Assembly: GCA_965197585.1 (NCBI GenBank)
Contig: OZ240215.1
Location: forward strand, 2,112,001 to 2,176,000
DNA: 64,000 nucleotides
Source: Dehalococcoidia bacterium
GTDB taxonomy: Bacteria; Chloroflexota; Dehalococcoidia; Plut-88900
Reading direction: 5' to 3'
Shown: in pieces, positions 39,501-48,558 of the stretch
Numbering within the stretch: position 1 is the stretch's first letter
Layout: each line of letters begins with the position of its first letter
Program-made: the position numbers and the translations under genes
Notes under the pieces: generated by a model
The model's database searches: none
What the model was told of the DNA's origin: nothing
Seen by the model: only the letters and a program-made list of their open reading frames with translations

Positions 39501-40520
39501 ATGAAATTCAGCTACTACCTGCCCTGCTACTACACGGACAAGTCCAAGCCCGCCTCCGAGCTCTACGCCGAGGCCGAATACCAGGCCCAATACGCCGAGG
39601 AACTCGGTTACGACGCCATCGTCATACCTGAGCACTATTTTATGAACTACCTGGCCTGCCCGAACTTGCTGATGTTCGCGGTAAGGATCTCGCAGTTGGT
39701 GAAGCTGAGGATCATGTCGGCGGTCATCCCCATCCCCTTGTACCACCCGCTCAGGCTGGCGCAGGACATTGCCTTCGCCGACGTGCTGTCGGGAGGCAGG
39801 CTGGAGATCGGGCTCGGGCGCGGTGCCTTCGTCCACGAGTTTGAGCGGCTGCAAATACCCCGTGACCAGAACCGGGCCATGTTCAACGAATGCCTGGACA
39901 TCATGATCAAGGCCTGGACGTCCGAGCAAGATTTCTCCTACGAAGGAGATTTCTGGCAGTTCCCGGATACCACCGTCCTCCCTCGACCCCTCCAGCAGCC
40001 CCACCCCCCGATCTGGATGTCGGGCCAGTCCGACCTCTCGGTCCAGTACGCGGTGTCCCACGGTTACAAGCTGATGAATACCCCGTTGCGGAGCGGGTTC
40101 GAGGCCCTGGAGGAAACCTACGAAGTCTACTCCGACGCCCTGGACGAGTGGGGCAGAACGGAAGAGGAGTGCCCGCTCCTGATTCTTCGTAACGCCTTCG
40201 TCTCCGAGGACAAGGACGTCCTCGAACGGCAGGCTCAGAACCTGCACCTCAACCACCAGCAGTTTGTTACCGTGTACACGGGCCCGAGCGTTGTAAAGGA
40301 AGGCATGATTGAGCCGCAGAACGTCCCCTACGAACCGTGGGAGGTGTTCGACAACGTCATAAGTGGCACACCCGACGAGGCGATTCAGAAGCTTGAACAG
40401 TATCGAGACCTGGGGATCAAGTATCTCTGCGTGAACATGGGCTTTGGCGGCAGCCACGAAGAAGTGATGGATTCCATGCGCCTCTTCTCCGAGCACGTGA
40501 TGCCCCACTTCCCGGACTAA
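39501..40520 (+). CDS. LLM-class flavin-dependent monooxygenase
   Basis: PEHYF, HPLRLAQD, GRLEIGLGRG and PRPLQQPHPP. Confidence 0.9.
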   Translation: MKFSYYLPCYYTDKSKPASELYAEAEYQAQYAEELGYDAIVIPEHYFMNYLACPNLLMFAVRISQLVKLRIMSAVIPIPLYHPLRLAQDIAFADVLSGGRLEIGLGRGAFVHEFERLQIPRDQNRAMFNECLDIMIKAWTSEQDFSYEGDFWQFPDTTVLPRPLQQPHPPIWMSGQSDLSVQYAVSHGYKLMNTPLRSGFEALEETYEVYSDALDEWGRTEEECPLLILRNAFVSEDKDVLERQAQNLHLNHQQFVTVYTGPSVVKEGMIEPQNVPYEPWEVFDNVISGTPDEAIQKLEQYRDLGIKYLCVNMGFGGSHEEVMDSMRLFSEHVMPHFPD

Positions 40521-40922
40521 CCTATCCTAATGCCCTGACCCAACCGTCTAAAGGCGCAATCCCATTACTTCGCCTACGCCCTGGCCGTTCCTCTTGACAA
40601 GGCGATTGGGTTCAGTGGGAAACTACCGACGCAACATGCCCGACGTTCTCCTCGCTAACTCCATAGGAGATGGAGAAGGTGAGTTCCTCTTCTTCAGCCA
40701 TCCCAGCCGCCCGTCTCACGGTCCTCTATCGTCGCCCCGATCACAGATACTCCTAGCGGACCCAACTCCTCGCGGCCTTTCTCATGGGAGGCCAACTGCA
40801 CCCTACCGTAGTAAGGTCACCACTCGCCCCTATAGAACAGCATGGCAATCTAAACTCCGAATCAAGGCCTGAGAAACGGAATGAAATCCAAATCTTAGTA
40901 CAACTTAGTAGTGAGTCTGGTC

Positions 40923-40931
40923 GTGTATAAT
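40923..40931 (+). promoter_or_regulatory. TATAAT -10 element upstream of grdB
   Basis: GTGTATAAT about 60 nt before ATG 40991. Confidence 0.45.
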
Positions 40932-40990
40932 GCCCAACGGAAGCCGAGCCCCGGAATGGGTGTATTTCAAGCGTGACGAGGGAGCAGGCC

Positions 40991-42301
40991 ATGACAAATT
41001 TGAAGGTAGTCCACTATCTGAACCAGTTCTTCGCCGGTGTGGGTGGTGAAGAGAAGGCCGACGTTGGCCCCGGAGCCCGGGAAGGCGCAGTCGGACCCGG
41101 CATGGCCCTGAACCAGGCCCTTGGAGACGCCGGTGAGGTCATCGGAACCGTCTACTGCGGCGACAACTACATCTCCGAAAACCCCAAAACGGCGACCCAG
41201 GAGGTCATCGAGCTTATATCTCAGTTCAAACCGGATATCGTGATTGCCGGTCCGGGATTCGGCTCCGGACGCTACGGGTTGGCCTGTGGTCAGGTATGCC
41301 TGGCAGTTAAAGAGAATCTCGAAATCCCTGCCCTTACCGGCGTCCACAAGGACAGCCCTGCCGCTGAGACCTACAAGGGTAAAGTCCTGATGGCCTCGAC
41401 CAAGGACTCGGCTGCCGGTATGTCCGACGCAATGGCCGTAATCGCACGGCTCGCCTCCAAGCTGGTCGACAAAGAAGAGTTGGGTCCGGCCATGGAAGAA
41501 GGCTACTTACCCACCGGTCGACGCGTTAACCGATTCTCTGACAAGACTGCCGCGGAACGGGCCGTAGACATGTTGATGCGCAAACTCCGGGGCGAAGACC
41601 CGAAGACCGAATGGCCCCTCCCCAAGTACGAGCAAGTTGCTCCCGCACAGGCCCTTGCCAGTGCCGGGAACGCCACCATTGCCATCGTCACTGAGGGTGG
41701 AATCGTACACCGTGGCAACCCCGAGAAACTGGAATCGGGCTGGGCCACCAAGTGGGTCAAGTTCGACACGGCGGAAGAGCCGGAGATGACCCCCGACAAG
41801 TTCCAGAGTATCCACGGCGGTTTCGACACCACCACCGCCAGCGCCGAACCCAACCGGATGGTTCCCCTGGACGCAGCCCGAGAGATGGAGTCCGAGGGGG
41901 AAATCGGCAAGCTCCACGACTACGTCTACAGTACCACGGGCAACATGGGGCCAATAGCCAGCTTCAAGCAGTTCGGGGAGGAGATAGCCGCCGAGCTAAC
42001 CTCGGCAGGGGTCCAGGGAGTGATCCTAACCGCAACCTGAGGCACCGGGACGCGTAGCGGCGCTACGCTTCAGAAAGAGCTTGAGAGGGCCGGCCTCCCG
42101 ACCGCTCTCGTAACCACCCTGTTCAATCTCGCAGAGGGAGTCGGGGCCAGCCGTATCGTCAAAGGCAAGGCCATCCCACACCCTCTCGGAGACCCGAGCC
42201 AGACCTACGAGGGCGAAAAGCAACTGCGTAAGGAGATGCTGAAGAAGGCCCTTGAGGCCCTGGAGACCGAGGTCGCATCGCCCACGGTTTTCACTACCTA
42301 G
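40991..42301 (+). CDS. grdB: Glycine/sarcosine/betaine reductase selenoprotein B-like, 436 aa, Sec at UGA 42038-40 (codon 350)
   Basis: VVHYLNQFFAGVGGEEKAD, CGDNY, GRYG, HGGFD and VILTAT-UGA-GTGTRSGAT..LERAG.P..IPHPLGDP. The frame continues 86 codons to TAG 42299-301. Confidence 0.9.
42052..42068 (+). promoter_or_regulatory. Putative bacterial SECIS of grdB
   Basis: GCGTAGC-ggc-GCTACGC hairpin; the G-initiated loop starts 19 nt after the UGA. Confidence 0.65.
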
Positions 42302-42314
42302 CAACCAAATCTGC

Positions 42315-43799
42315 ATGACTACCCAATCCCCCGCATTCATAAGCAACGGCCAGGGCTTGGCACCGGTTATTAAGGGAGTGGCCTATTGTCTTGCCCACGT
42401 CCCAGACTTGGTGCGGCTCGGGTCCAAGCCATCCCGGGACATACCCATCGAACCCGGCGTTCTGGACATGATTCATCAGCACCTGCGGGACTTCGACGAA
42501 GCTGTGGCCTACCCTCCACACCAGGTGTTCATCGGCAACATGCGCCCCGACGACCTGAAGGATGTCCCCAAGCCGTGGTTCGATAACCTGACCGCCGATG
42601 CCAAAAGGACCGGCCCATTCGGCGAGGTTATGCCCCAGGCCGAGTTCTACGGCTTGATGAAGATGTGCGACCAGTTCGACCTGATGTCACTGGACGAGGG
42701 TTTCCTTGAAGAGGCCCGCACTACAATGTCAGGCCACCCCCTCATCACCAAAGAAGACCTGGACAACCTTGGTAAGTCCACTCCCATCTCCGAGATCGAA
42801 AAGGCCATAAACGAAGAGGACGCCCTCCCCCTTTACATGGATAAGACCCGACTAGTCGGGTGCCTGCAAAGAGGCCACGAGGAGGATAAATCCCTCGTCC
42901 CCGACTTCCTCATCGAAAACCTCGCAGCCAAGGCCTCCGCCGTCCTCGCCCTCAGGCACCTCTGCAACACTGCCACCAATACGCCCCCCGAGAACATTGA
43001 CTACTTGCTTGGCTGCGGCGAAGAGGCCATTGGTGATAGATACAACCGGGGCGGTGGAAACCTCGCCAAGGCCGTCGGAGAGATGTGCCGTTGCATGAAC
43101 GCCACCGGGTCGGACGTCAAGGCATTCTGCTGCGCCCCGAACCACGCCATTATCGTCGGCGGCGCCCTCATCAAGTCGGGCGTGTTCGAAAATGTGGCAG
43201 TAGTGGCTGGCGGCTCCTTCGCCAAGCTGGGTATGAAATACCGGGGCCACGTAACTCATGAAATGCCCGTGCTCGAAGATGTGCTGGCGTCCATTGCAAT
43301 ACTCCTGGGCCCCGACGACGGTGAGAATCCACACGTACGTCTAGATATGATAGGCAAGCACAATATTTCGTCCGGTATGTCAAACCAGGCCATCACGCAG
43401 GCCGTCGTCATAGACCCCTTGAAGAAGCACGGCCTCAAGATCACCGATATCGACCGATTCGCCACCGAGCTGCACAACCCGGAGATCACCGAGCCCCAGG
43501 GCAGCGGCAACACCCCCAGGACCAATTACCGGATGCTGGGCGGCATGGCGGTCAAGGAGTCGGAGATTGAGGCCTCGGAACTGGACCGGTTCGTTGACAA
43601 ACACGGGATGCTCGGCTTCTCTCCGACCCAGGGGCACATAGCCTCGGCAGTTCCTTTCCTAGGCCACGCCCGGGAGATGATCATGGCGGGCGACATCAAC
43701 CGGGCCATGTTCTATGCCAAAGGGAGCCTGTTCCTGGGCCGCATGACCCAGCTCTCCGACGGCATATCCTTCATGATGGAACGCAACGGCGGCCGGTAA
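42315..43799 (+). CDS. grdC: Glycine/sarcosine/betaine reductase component C beta subunit-like
   Basis: PVIKG..Y.L.HVPD, YPPHQVFIGN, EEAIGD, ATGSD, ELHNPEIT, PTQGHI and KGSLFLGRMT. Confidence 0.9.
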   Translation: MTTQSPAFISNGQGLAPVIKGVAYCLAHVPDLVRLGSKPSRDIPIEPGVLDMIHQHLRDFDEAVAYPPHQVFIGNMRPDDLKDVPKPWFDNLTADAKRTGPFGEVMPQAEFYGLMKMCDQFDLMSLDEGFLEEARTTMSGHPLITKEDLDNLGKSTPISEIEKAINEEDALPLYMDKTRLVGCLQRGHEEDKSLVPDFLIENLAAKASAVLALRHLCNTATNTPPENIDYLLGCGEEAIGDRYNRGGGNLAKAVGEMCRCMNATGSDVKAFCCAPNHAIIVGGALIKSGVFENVAVVAGGSFAKLGMKYRGHVTHEMPVLEDVLASIAILLGPDDGENPHVRLDMIGKHNISSGMSNQAITQAVVIDPLKKHGLKITDIDRFATELHNPEITEPQGSGNTPRTNYRMLGGMAVKESEIEASELDRFVDKHGMLGFSPTQGHIASAVPFLGHAREMIMAGDINRAMFYAKGSLFLGRMTQLSDGISFMMERNGGR

Positions 43800-43881
43800 C
43801 CTGTATCCAGTGTAGAATTAGGCCGTTACGACGCTATTTTGAGATTGGTTGGAACGTTTACTGAAACTCAGGAGGTGCGCC

Positions 43882-44340
43882 TTGGATTTTAAAGGTATGA
43901 AGGTGATCGCCATAGGAGAGCGGGATGGCGTCCAGGGCCCGGCTATTGCCGAGGTGGTACGCAGCGCTGGGGCGGAGGTGATCCTGGAACAGACCCAGTG
44001 CTTCGTCTGAACTGCCGCAGGCGCCATGGACCTGGATGGTCAGGCAGAAATTAAGAAGGCTATAGAATCCAACGGCAAGGACAACGTTATAGTCGTCCTC
44101 GGTTCGCCCGACGCTAACAGCGCCGAGCTCTACGCCGAGACCGTGACCCACGGTGACCCGAGCTGGGCCGGCCCCCTGGCAGGCGTTCCTCTGGGACTGC
44201 CGGTTTACCACGTCGTAGAACCCGTGGTCAAAGACGCTGTGGACGCCGGTACGTACGATAAGCAGGTCGGGGTCATGGACGTGGCCCTGGAGAAAGACCT
44301 CATCACCGCCGCCCTGGACAAGGTGCGCAACAAGAGCTAA
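43882..44340 (+). CDS. grdA: Glycine reductase selenoprotein A, 152 aa, Sec at UGA 44008-10 (codon 43)
   Basis: GGAGG + TTG start; KVIAIGERDGVQGPAI..QCFV-UGA-TAAGAMDL..ETVTHGDP..GPLAGV.LGL.VYH. The ORF track shows only the post-UGA part. Confidence 0.92.
44012..44047 (+). promoter_or_regulatory. Putative bacterial SECIS of grdA
   Basis: CTGCC/GGCAG lower stem and GCCAT/ATGGT upper stem; the loop GGACCTGG starts at 44028. Confidence 0.55.
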
Positions 44341-44371
44341 GCCCCGATCAGTGGCCTACCCCTCTGTGCAT

Positions 44372-44440
44372 GGGGAGTCCAGAGGGGTAATACCTCTTTG
44401 GTGGGGGTTTGGGGGTATCCCCCAAACCACTTATATTTTC
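44372..44440 (+). terminator. REP-like unit plus hairpin after grdA
   Basis: GGAGTCCAGAGGGG..CCTCTTTGG, then GGTTTGGGGG-tat-CCCCCAAACC and a T-rich tail. Confidence 0.55.
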
Positions 44441-44510
44441 CCTTCCCTCTTTTGCAAGGAGAAGGGACGCAGCAGTAAAGAAGTCAATCTCGCCATTCAC
44501 CTAAGGAGGC

Positions 44511-45254
44511 ATGACGATGGAGAACAGGAAGAGAGTCGGAATGATGATGCCCTCGGCGGATGGCACCGCCGAGCCTGACTTTCAGATGGTACTCGCTCCC
44601 AAGGGCGTAGCCGTGCACGGACACCGGCTCTGGCAGGGCGACAACCGCCACGATCCCGAAGAGCACTTCGGTAAAATGAACTCTGAAATCGAGTCCGCTG
44701 CCCGGTACTTGTCCTCCGTCCGCCTGGACGCCATAGCCTACACGTGCACCACCGGCAGCTTTTTCAAGGGACCCGGGTGGGATCAGGAAATGCTGCAGAA
44801 GATTAAGGGTGCGTCGGGGGTGGAGGCATTCGCAACTACTCCTTCGGTCGTGAAGGCCTTGCAGTTCAAGGGGGCCCGCAAGATCTCGGCCATCACTCCC
44901 TATCCTGAGTGGAACAACATAAAGCTCAGGGAATACATGGAGGCCAGGGGCTTCGAAGTCCTGAACGTCGACGCCCACCCCAAGCCGTCCCTGGGCGAGA
45001 TCATGGCCTACGAACAGGAACCCGACGAGATAGTCGAATACGGCATCGAGAAGTGCGACCCCGACGCTGACGTCCTCTTCTGCTCCTGCACAGACTGGCG
45101 GTCCATGGAGGCCGCCGAGCGTCTGGAGAAGGAGACCGGCAAACCGGTCGTCACATCGAACCAGGCCACCATCTGGCTCATCCTCCAGCACCTTAGCATA
45201 GATGAGCCGATAAAGGGCTTCGGCAGTCTGCTGGAGACCCCCGCCCCGGCCTAG
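44511..45254 (+). CDS. Asp/Glu racemase superfamily protein (maleate isomerase/AMDase/EutA-like), copy 1
   Basis: GMMMPS, YTCTTGS, TPY, FCSCT and PVVTSNQA (two catalytic Cys). Confidence 0.88.
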   Translation: MTMENRKRVGMMMPSADGTAEPDFQMVLAPKGVAVHGHRLWQGDNRHDPEEHFGKMNSEIESAARYLSSVRLDAIAYTCTTGSFFKGPGWDQEMLQKIKGASGVEAFATTPSVVKALQFKGARKISAITPYPEWNNIKLREYMEARGFEVLNVDAHPKPSLGEIMAYEQEPDEIVEYGIEKCDPDADVLFCSCTDWRSMEAAERLEKETGKPVVTSNQATIWLILQHLSIDEPIKGFGSLLETPAPA

Positions 45255-45336
45255 TTACTGGCAGGGGCGCAGCTAAAGTCTTCCTTTTCTTGACTCAAGC
45301 TGCTTAGCCAACGGGTGCGAATCCCGCAATTTGGAC

Positions 45337-45789
45337 TTATCCAATCTCCAGCGGATTCAGGACCGACAGGCCTTCTAGTTGGGCCGCATCGCAAAGGCGA
45401 GCATCTGCGCAGACAAAGGTAACGGGTGGAGGGACACCATGACAGGCAGCCAGACAACCGGCAAGTTGAATGGCATCGTAAGCCTTTAGCGGGTGTCGGT
45501 CTAGCAACCGAGCAGCCTCTTCAATAACCTCAGACCCCGATGGCTGAATCAAGAAGAGCGACGACCTGTCTTCTTCAATCTGCTTTAGTATCAGGCTAGC
45601 GTCCGATCCACTAATGTCCTCCTCCCTCTCGCGTCTGCGAATTGCAGAACGGGCCTCGACCGCGGTGAGGTCCAAAATGATTAAGTGATTGTCCTCGTCA
45701 CCTCGGGCCAAGGACAGCACTTCGGCAGTCCCCTCTTCTTCAACGTAAAGCTTGAGCAGTGCACTCGTGTCAAAGTAGAAGCTCGCCAT
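45337..45789 (-). CDS. vapC: VapC PIN toxin
   Basis: YFDTSALLKLY..E.G, LKAYDAIQLA and FVCADARL. Confidence 0.9.
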   Translation of the reverse strand: MASFYFDTSALLKLYVEEEGTAEVLSLARGDEDNHLIILDLTAVEARSAIRRREREEDISGSDASLILKQIEEDRSSLFLIQPSGSEVIEEAARLLDRHPLKAYDAIQLAGCLAACHGVPPPVTFVCADARLCDAAQLEGLSVLNPLEIG

Positions 45790-45799
45790 CGGTCTGAGA

Positions 45800-46462
45800 T
45801 CAGCGCCTATCGCTGACTACGGTGTCGGAGATGGCGCCGCCTCGGATACGTATCGGCTTGAATGACGTCCTGAGCGAGGGTTTATCCGTTTGAAACCGAG
45901 GATGACGCCGATTAATGCGTATCGCCGTGACTGGGCGCATCGGCTCTTTAGGGTTGGGCACTTGGCTGGTCAGGACCAGGTTCTCGTCCGTGGCTCGGCG
46001 CAGCACCGAGGCTCTATCGCTCGAATATCGCGCCCAGGCATAATCACACTTGGGAAGGAACTGTTCCCGGAACCACTCGAGTCCCACGAAGGGCTGCATC
46101 CGTTCTGCAGTCCTGAGCTCGTCGATAAGCTGGTCCAGTGCCGTTTCACTGTCGAACTCGTGCGTCTCTTCCCCGGACTTAGCGTTTCCGTCTTCCTCTT
46201 CGGAAGGTCCACTCTGCAATTCATCCAGCGGCACGAACCTGATGGACACCTCGCAGGTGTCCGGATCGAAGTAGCTGGCAGACGCATCTTCACGGACCTT
46301 CCTGCCCACCTTCCCGTTAGGAGCTACGTTGCGGATCCCGACTTTAGCTCTGTGGGTATCCAGTGGGAGGTGGCGTAGCCCCTCTAATTCATCTGGAAGC
46401 GGCACTATGGGCAGCTTGGCAAGACTGTCTTCTATCTTCTTCTGTACGTCCCTGACTTGCAC
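45800..46462 (-). CDS. Hypothetical protein, probable antitoxin with a large N-terminal region
   Basis: Immediately upstream of vapC; C-terminal PIRIRGGAISDTVVSDRR resembles VapB tails. Confidence 0.6.
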   Translation of the reverse strand: MQVRDVQKKIEDSLAKLPIVPLPDELEGLRHLPLDTHRAKVGIRNVAPNGKVGRKVREDASASYFDPDTCEVSIRFVPLDELQSGPSEEEDGNAKSGEETHEFDSETALDQLIDELRTAERMQPFVGLEWFREQFLPKCDYAWARYSSDRASVLRRATDENLVLTSQVPNPKEPMRPVTAIRINRRHPRFQTDKPSLRTSFKPIRIRGGAISDTVVSDRR

Positions 46463-46660
46463 TACTCCACCCCCTGCGTACTGACAAAAGTTAACTCGAT
46501 ATTAACTTAATATTATCTATATATTTGCTCACGGTACGCTTTGTCCGAATTCTTGTCAACTCACTCGCCCCATCCCCCGGATTGCTTTTGTCTGCTATTA
46601 TCCTAACGGGCAAAGTCGAGAGACTGAGCGAGACCCTTGGAAATCTAAGGAGGCACCTCC

Positions 46661-47404
46661 ATGAACCTACGAAGAAGAATTGGATTGATCATGCCGGCCC
46701 AGGACTCGACCAGCGAGCCCGACTTCTCGATGGCCCTGGGCCTGAAGGACTACTCCATCCACGGTCAGCGCATTTGGGACGGCTTCGACATCTCCGGCGC
46801 CGCACGCATGGACAGGATGAACACCGAGATCGAAACCGCTGCCAAGTACCTGACCCAGGCCGAGGTAGATGCCGTAGCCTACTGCTGCACCACCGGCAGT
46901 TTTTACCGGGGCCCGGGCTGGGACGTAGAGATCATCGAAAAGCTGGAGGCCGCATCGGGAGTTCCCGCAGTTGCCACCACGCCCTCCGTTGCCGCCGCCC
47001 TTTCCCACATAGGGGCCAGGAAGATATCCGTAGTCACGCCATACCCACAGTGGAACAACGACAGACTGCGGGAATACTTCACTGCCAAGGGCTTCGAGGT
47101 CCTGAACGTCGACACCCCCGCCGACGCCTCTAATTTCGGCTTCAACATGTGTAACCACGACCCGGAGACCGTCCTCGAATTCGGCGTCGAGCACTGTCTT
47201 CCGGAGGCCGACACCCTCCTGGTCTCCTGCACCGGCTGGCGTTCCCTGGAGGTCGTCGAGGAGCTGGAAGCCCGCACGGGCAAGATGGTGGTGACGGCAA
47301 ACCAGGCCTCCATCTGGTGCCTGTTGAACAAGATGGGCTGGGATGCTTCAATAAGCGGCTGTGGCGAGCTCCTATCAAACAGGGCGCCGGCGGCAGTGGG
47401 GTAG
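46661..47404 (+). CDS. Asp/Glu racemase superfamily protein, copy 2
   Basis: YCCTTGS, TPYPQW, VSCT and VVTANQA; paralog of 44511. Confidence 0.88.
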   Translation: MNLRRRIGLIMPAQDSTSEPDFSMALGLKDYSIHGQRIWDGFDISGAARMDRMNTEIETAAKYLTQAEVDAVAYCCTTGSFYRGPGWDVEIIEKLEAASGVPAVATTPSVAAALSHIGARKISVVTPYPQWNNDRLREYFTAKGFEVLNVDTPADASNFGFNMCNHDPETVLEFGVEHCLPEADTLLVSCTGWRSLEVVEELEARTGKMVVTANQASIWCLLNKMGWDASISGCGELLSNRAPAAVG

Positions 47405-47439
47405 ATGCGGAGCTAATTGGCTAACCGGAATCGAGGTGC

Positions 47440-48558
47440 GTGTTGGCGGAATACAAGGTCATCTCAGCAGACTCTCACCTGAACGAGCCCCAGGAGGTCT
47501 ACGACCGCCTCCCCGCCGAGTACCGTGCCCGCGCCCCGCGCATCGAGGTGCGGGACGACCAGCGTTACATCATCGTCGAAGGCCAGGGCCCGGCTCGTAT
47601 CGAGGCGCCCAATCCTCTCAAAGAGGATGATATGAACCGCTACTGGCGGGATGACGAAGAGGTAGGCCGCGTCATGCACCGGGCCGGAGGCACGGATATC
47701 CCTATCCGCCTTGCCGATCAGGAAACCGACGGTGTCAGCGCCGAGGTCATCTATCCCCACGGCACGTTCCACACCTTCTCCTCCAAGGACCCGGGGTTCC
47801 AGCTAGCCCTGTCCAGGGTCTACAACGACTACTACAACGAGGTCTTTGGCCCGCACCCGGACCGCTTCGTAGTCTCCGCGGTCGTCCCAACTTTGGATAT
47901 AGAAAACGCTGTTGAAGAAGCCACCCGGGTGGCCAATATGGGCTTTCGCTCGGCTTCCATACCCATAAGCATGCCCATGCAGCCCTACAACGACTCCGTC
48001 TATGAACCCTTCTGGTCGGCAGTTGCAGATGTGGGAATACCCCTGGCCCTGCACGTCTTCACCGACGGCCCAACCGGCGAAGACGCCCCCACCGAGGTAA
48101 AGCGCTCCCGTCCGGGAGAGGACCTCGCCGGAGAAGTCGTAGAGATGGCCGCTGCCATGAAACCCCTCTGCCTGCTAGTGGCTTCCGGCGTGCTGGAACG
48201 GCACCCGGGCCTGAAGTTCGTGCTGGTCGAGTGCGGTATCGGCTGGCTGGCCTGGGTCCTCCAGACCCTCGACGAAATGCACGAAAAACGACACATGTGG
48301 GTCGAGCCCCGCCTCCCGGACAGGCCCAGCGACTACTTCCGCAGGCAGGGCGGCGCCACCTTCGGAGATGACCTCGTCGGTCTTCGTATGCGAGACGTGA
48401 CGGGTGTGGAGAGCCTGCTCTGGGGCAGCGACTACCCCCATGACGAGGGCACTTTCCCCCACTCCAGGGAGGTTATAGAGCGCACCTTCAAGGACGTCCC
48501 TGAAAATGAAAAGCGGATGATTGTCGGTGGAAACGCCGAGAGAATTTACGGCTTCTAG
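47440..48558 (+). CDS. Amidohydrolase_2 family protein
   Basis: ISADSH, LHV, VECGIGW and WGSDYPH. Confidence 0.9.
   Translation: MLAEYKVISADSHLNEPQEVYDRLPAEYRARAPRIEVRDDQRYIIVEGQGPARIEAPNPLKEDDMNRYWRDDEEVGRVMHRAGGTDIPIRLADQETDGVSAEVIYPHGTFHTFSSKDPGFQLALSRVYNDYYNEVFGPHPDRFVVSAVVPTLDIENAVEEATRVANMGFRSASIPISMPMQPYNDSVYEPFWSAVADVGIPLALHVFTDGPTGEDAPTEVKRSRPGEDLAGEVVEMAAAMKPLCLLVASGVLERHPGLKFVLVECGIGWLAWVLQTLDEMHEKRHMWVEPRLPDRPSDYFRRQGGATFGDDLVGLRMRDVTGVESLLWGSDYPHDEGTFPHSREVIERTFKDVPENEKRMIVGGNAERIYGF

Noticed and set aside
40521-40990. tRNA-Sec or glycine riboswitch upstream of grdB
   Set aside because: No cloverleaf with a TCA anticodon and no glycine aptamer consensus found; only short hairpins and promoter-like boxes.
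42038-44010. grdB and grdA as nonsense-mutated pseudogenes
   Set aside because: Both UGAs fall exactly at the known Sec positions, with conserved downstream sequence and SECIS-like hairpins.
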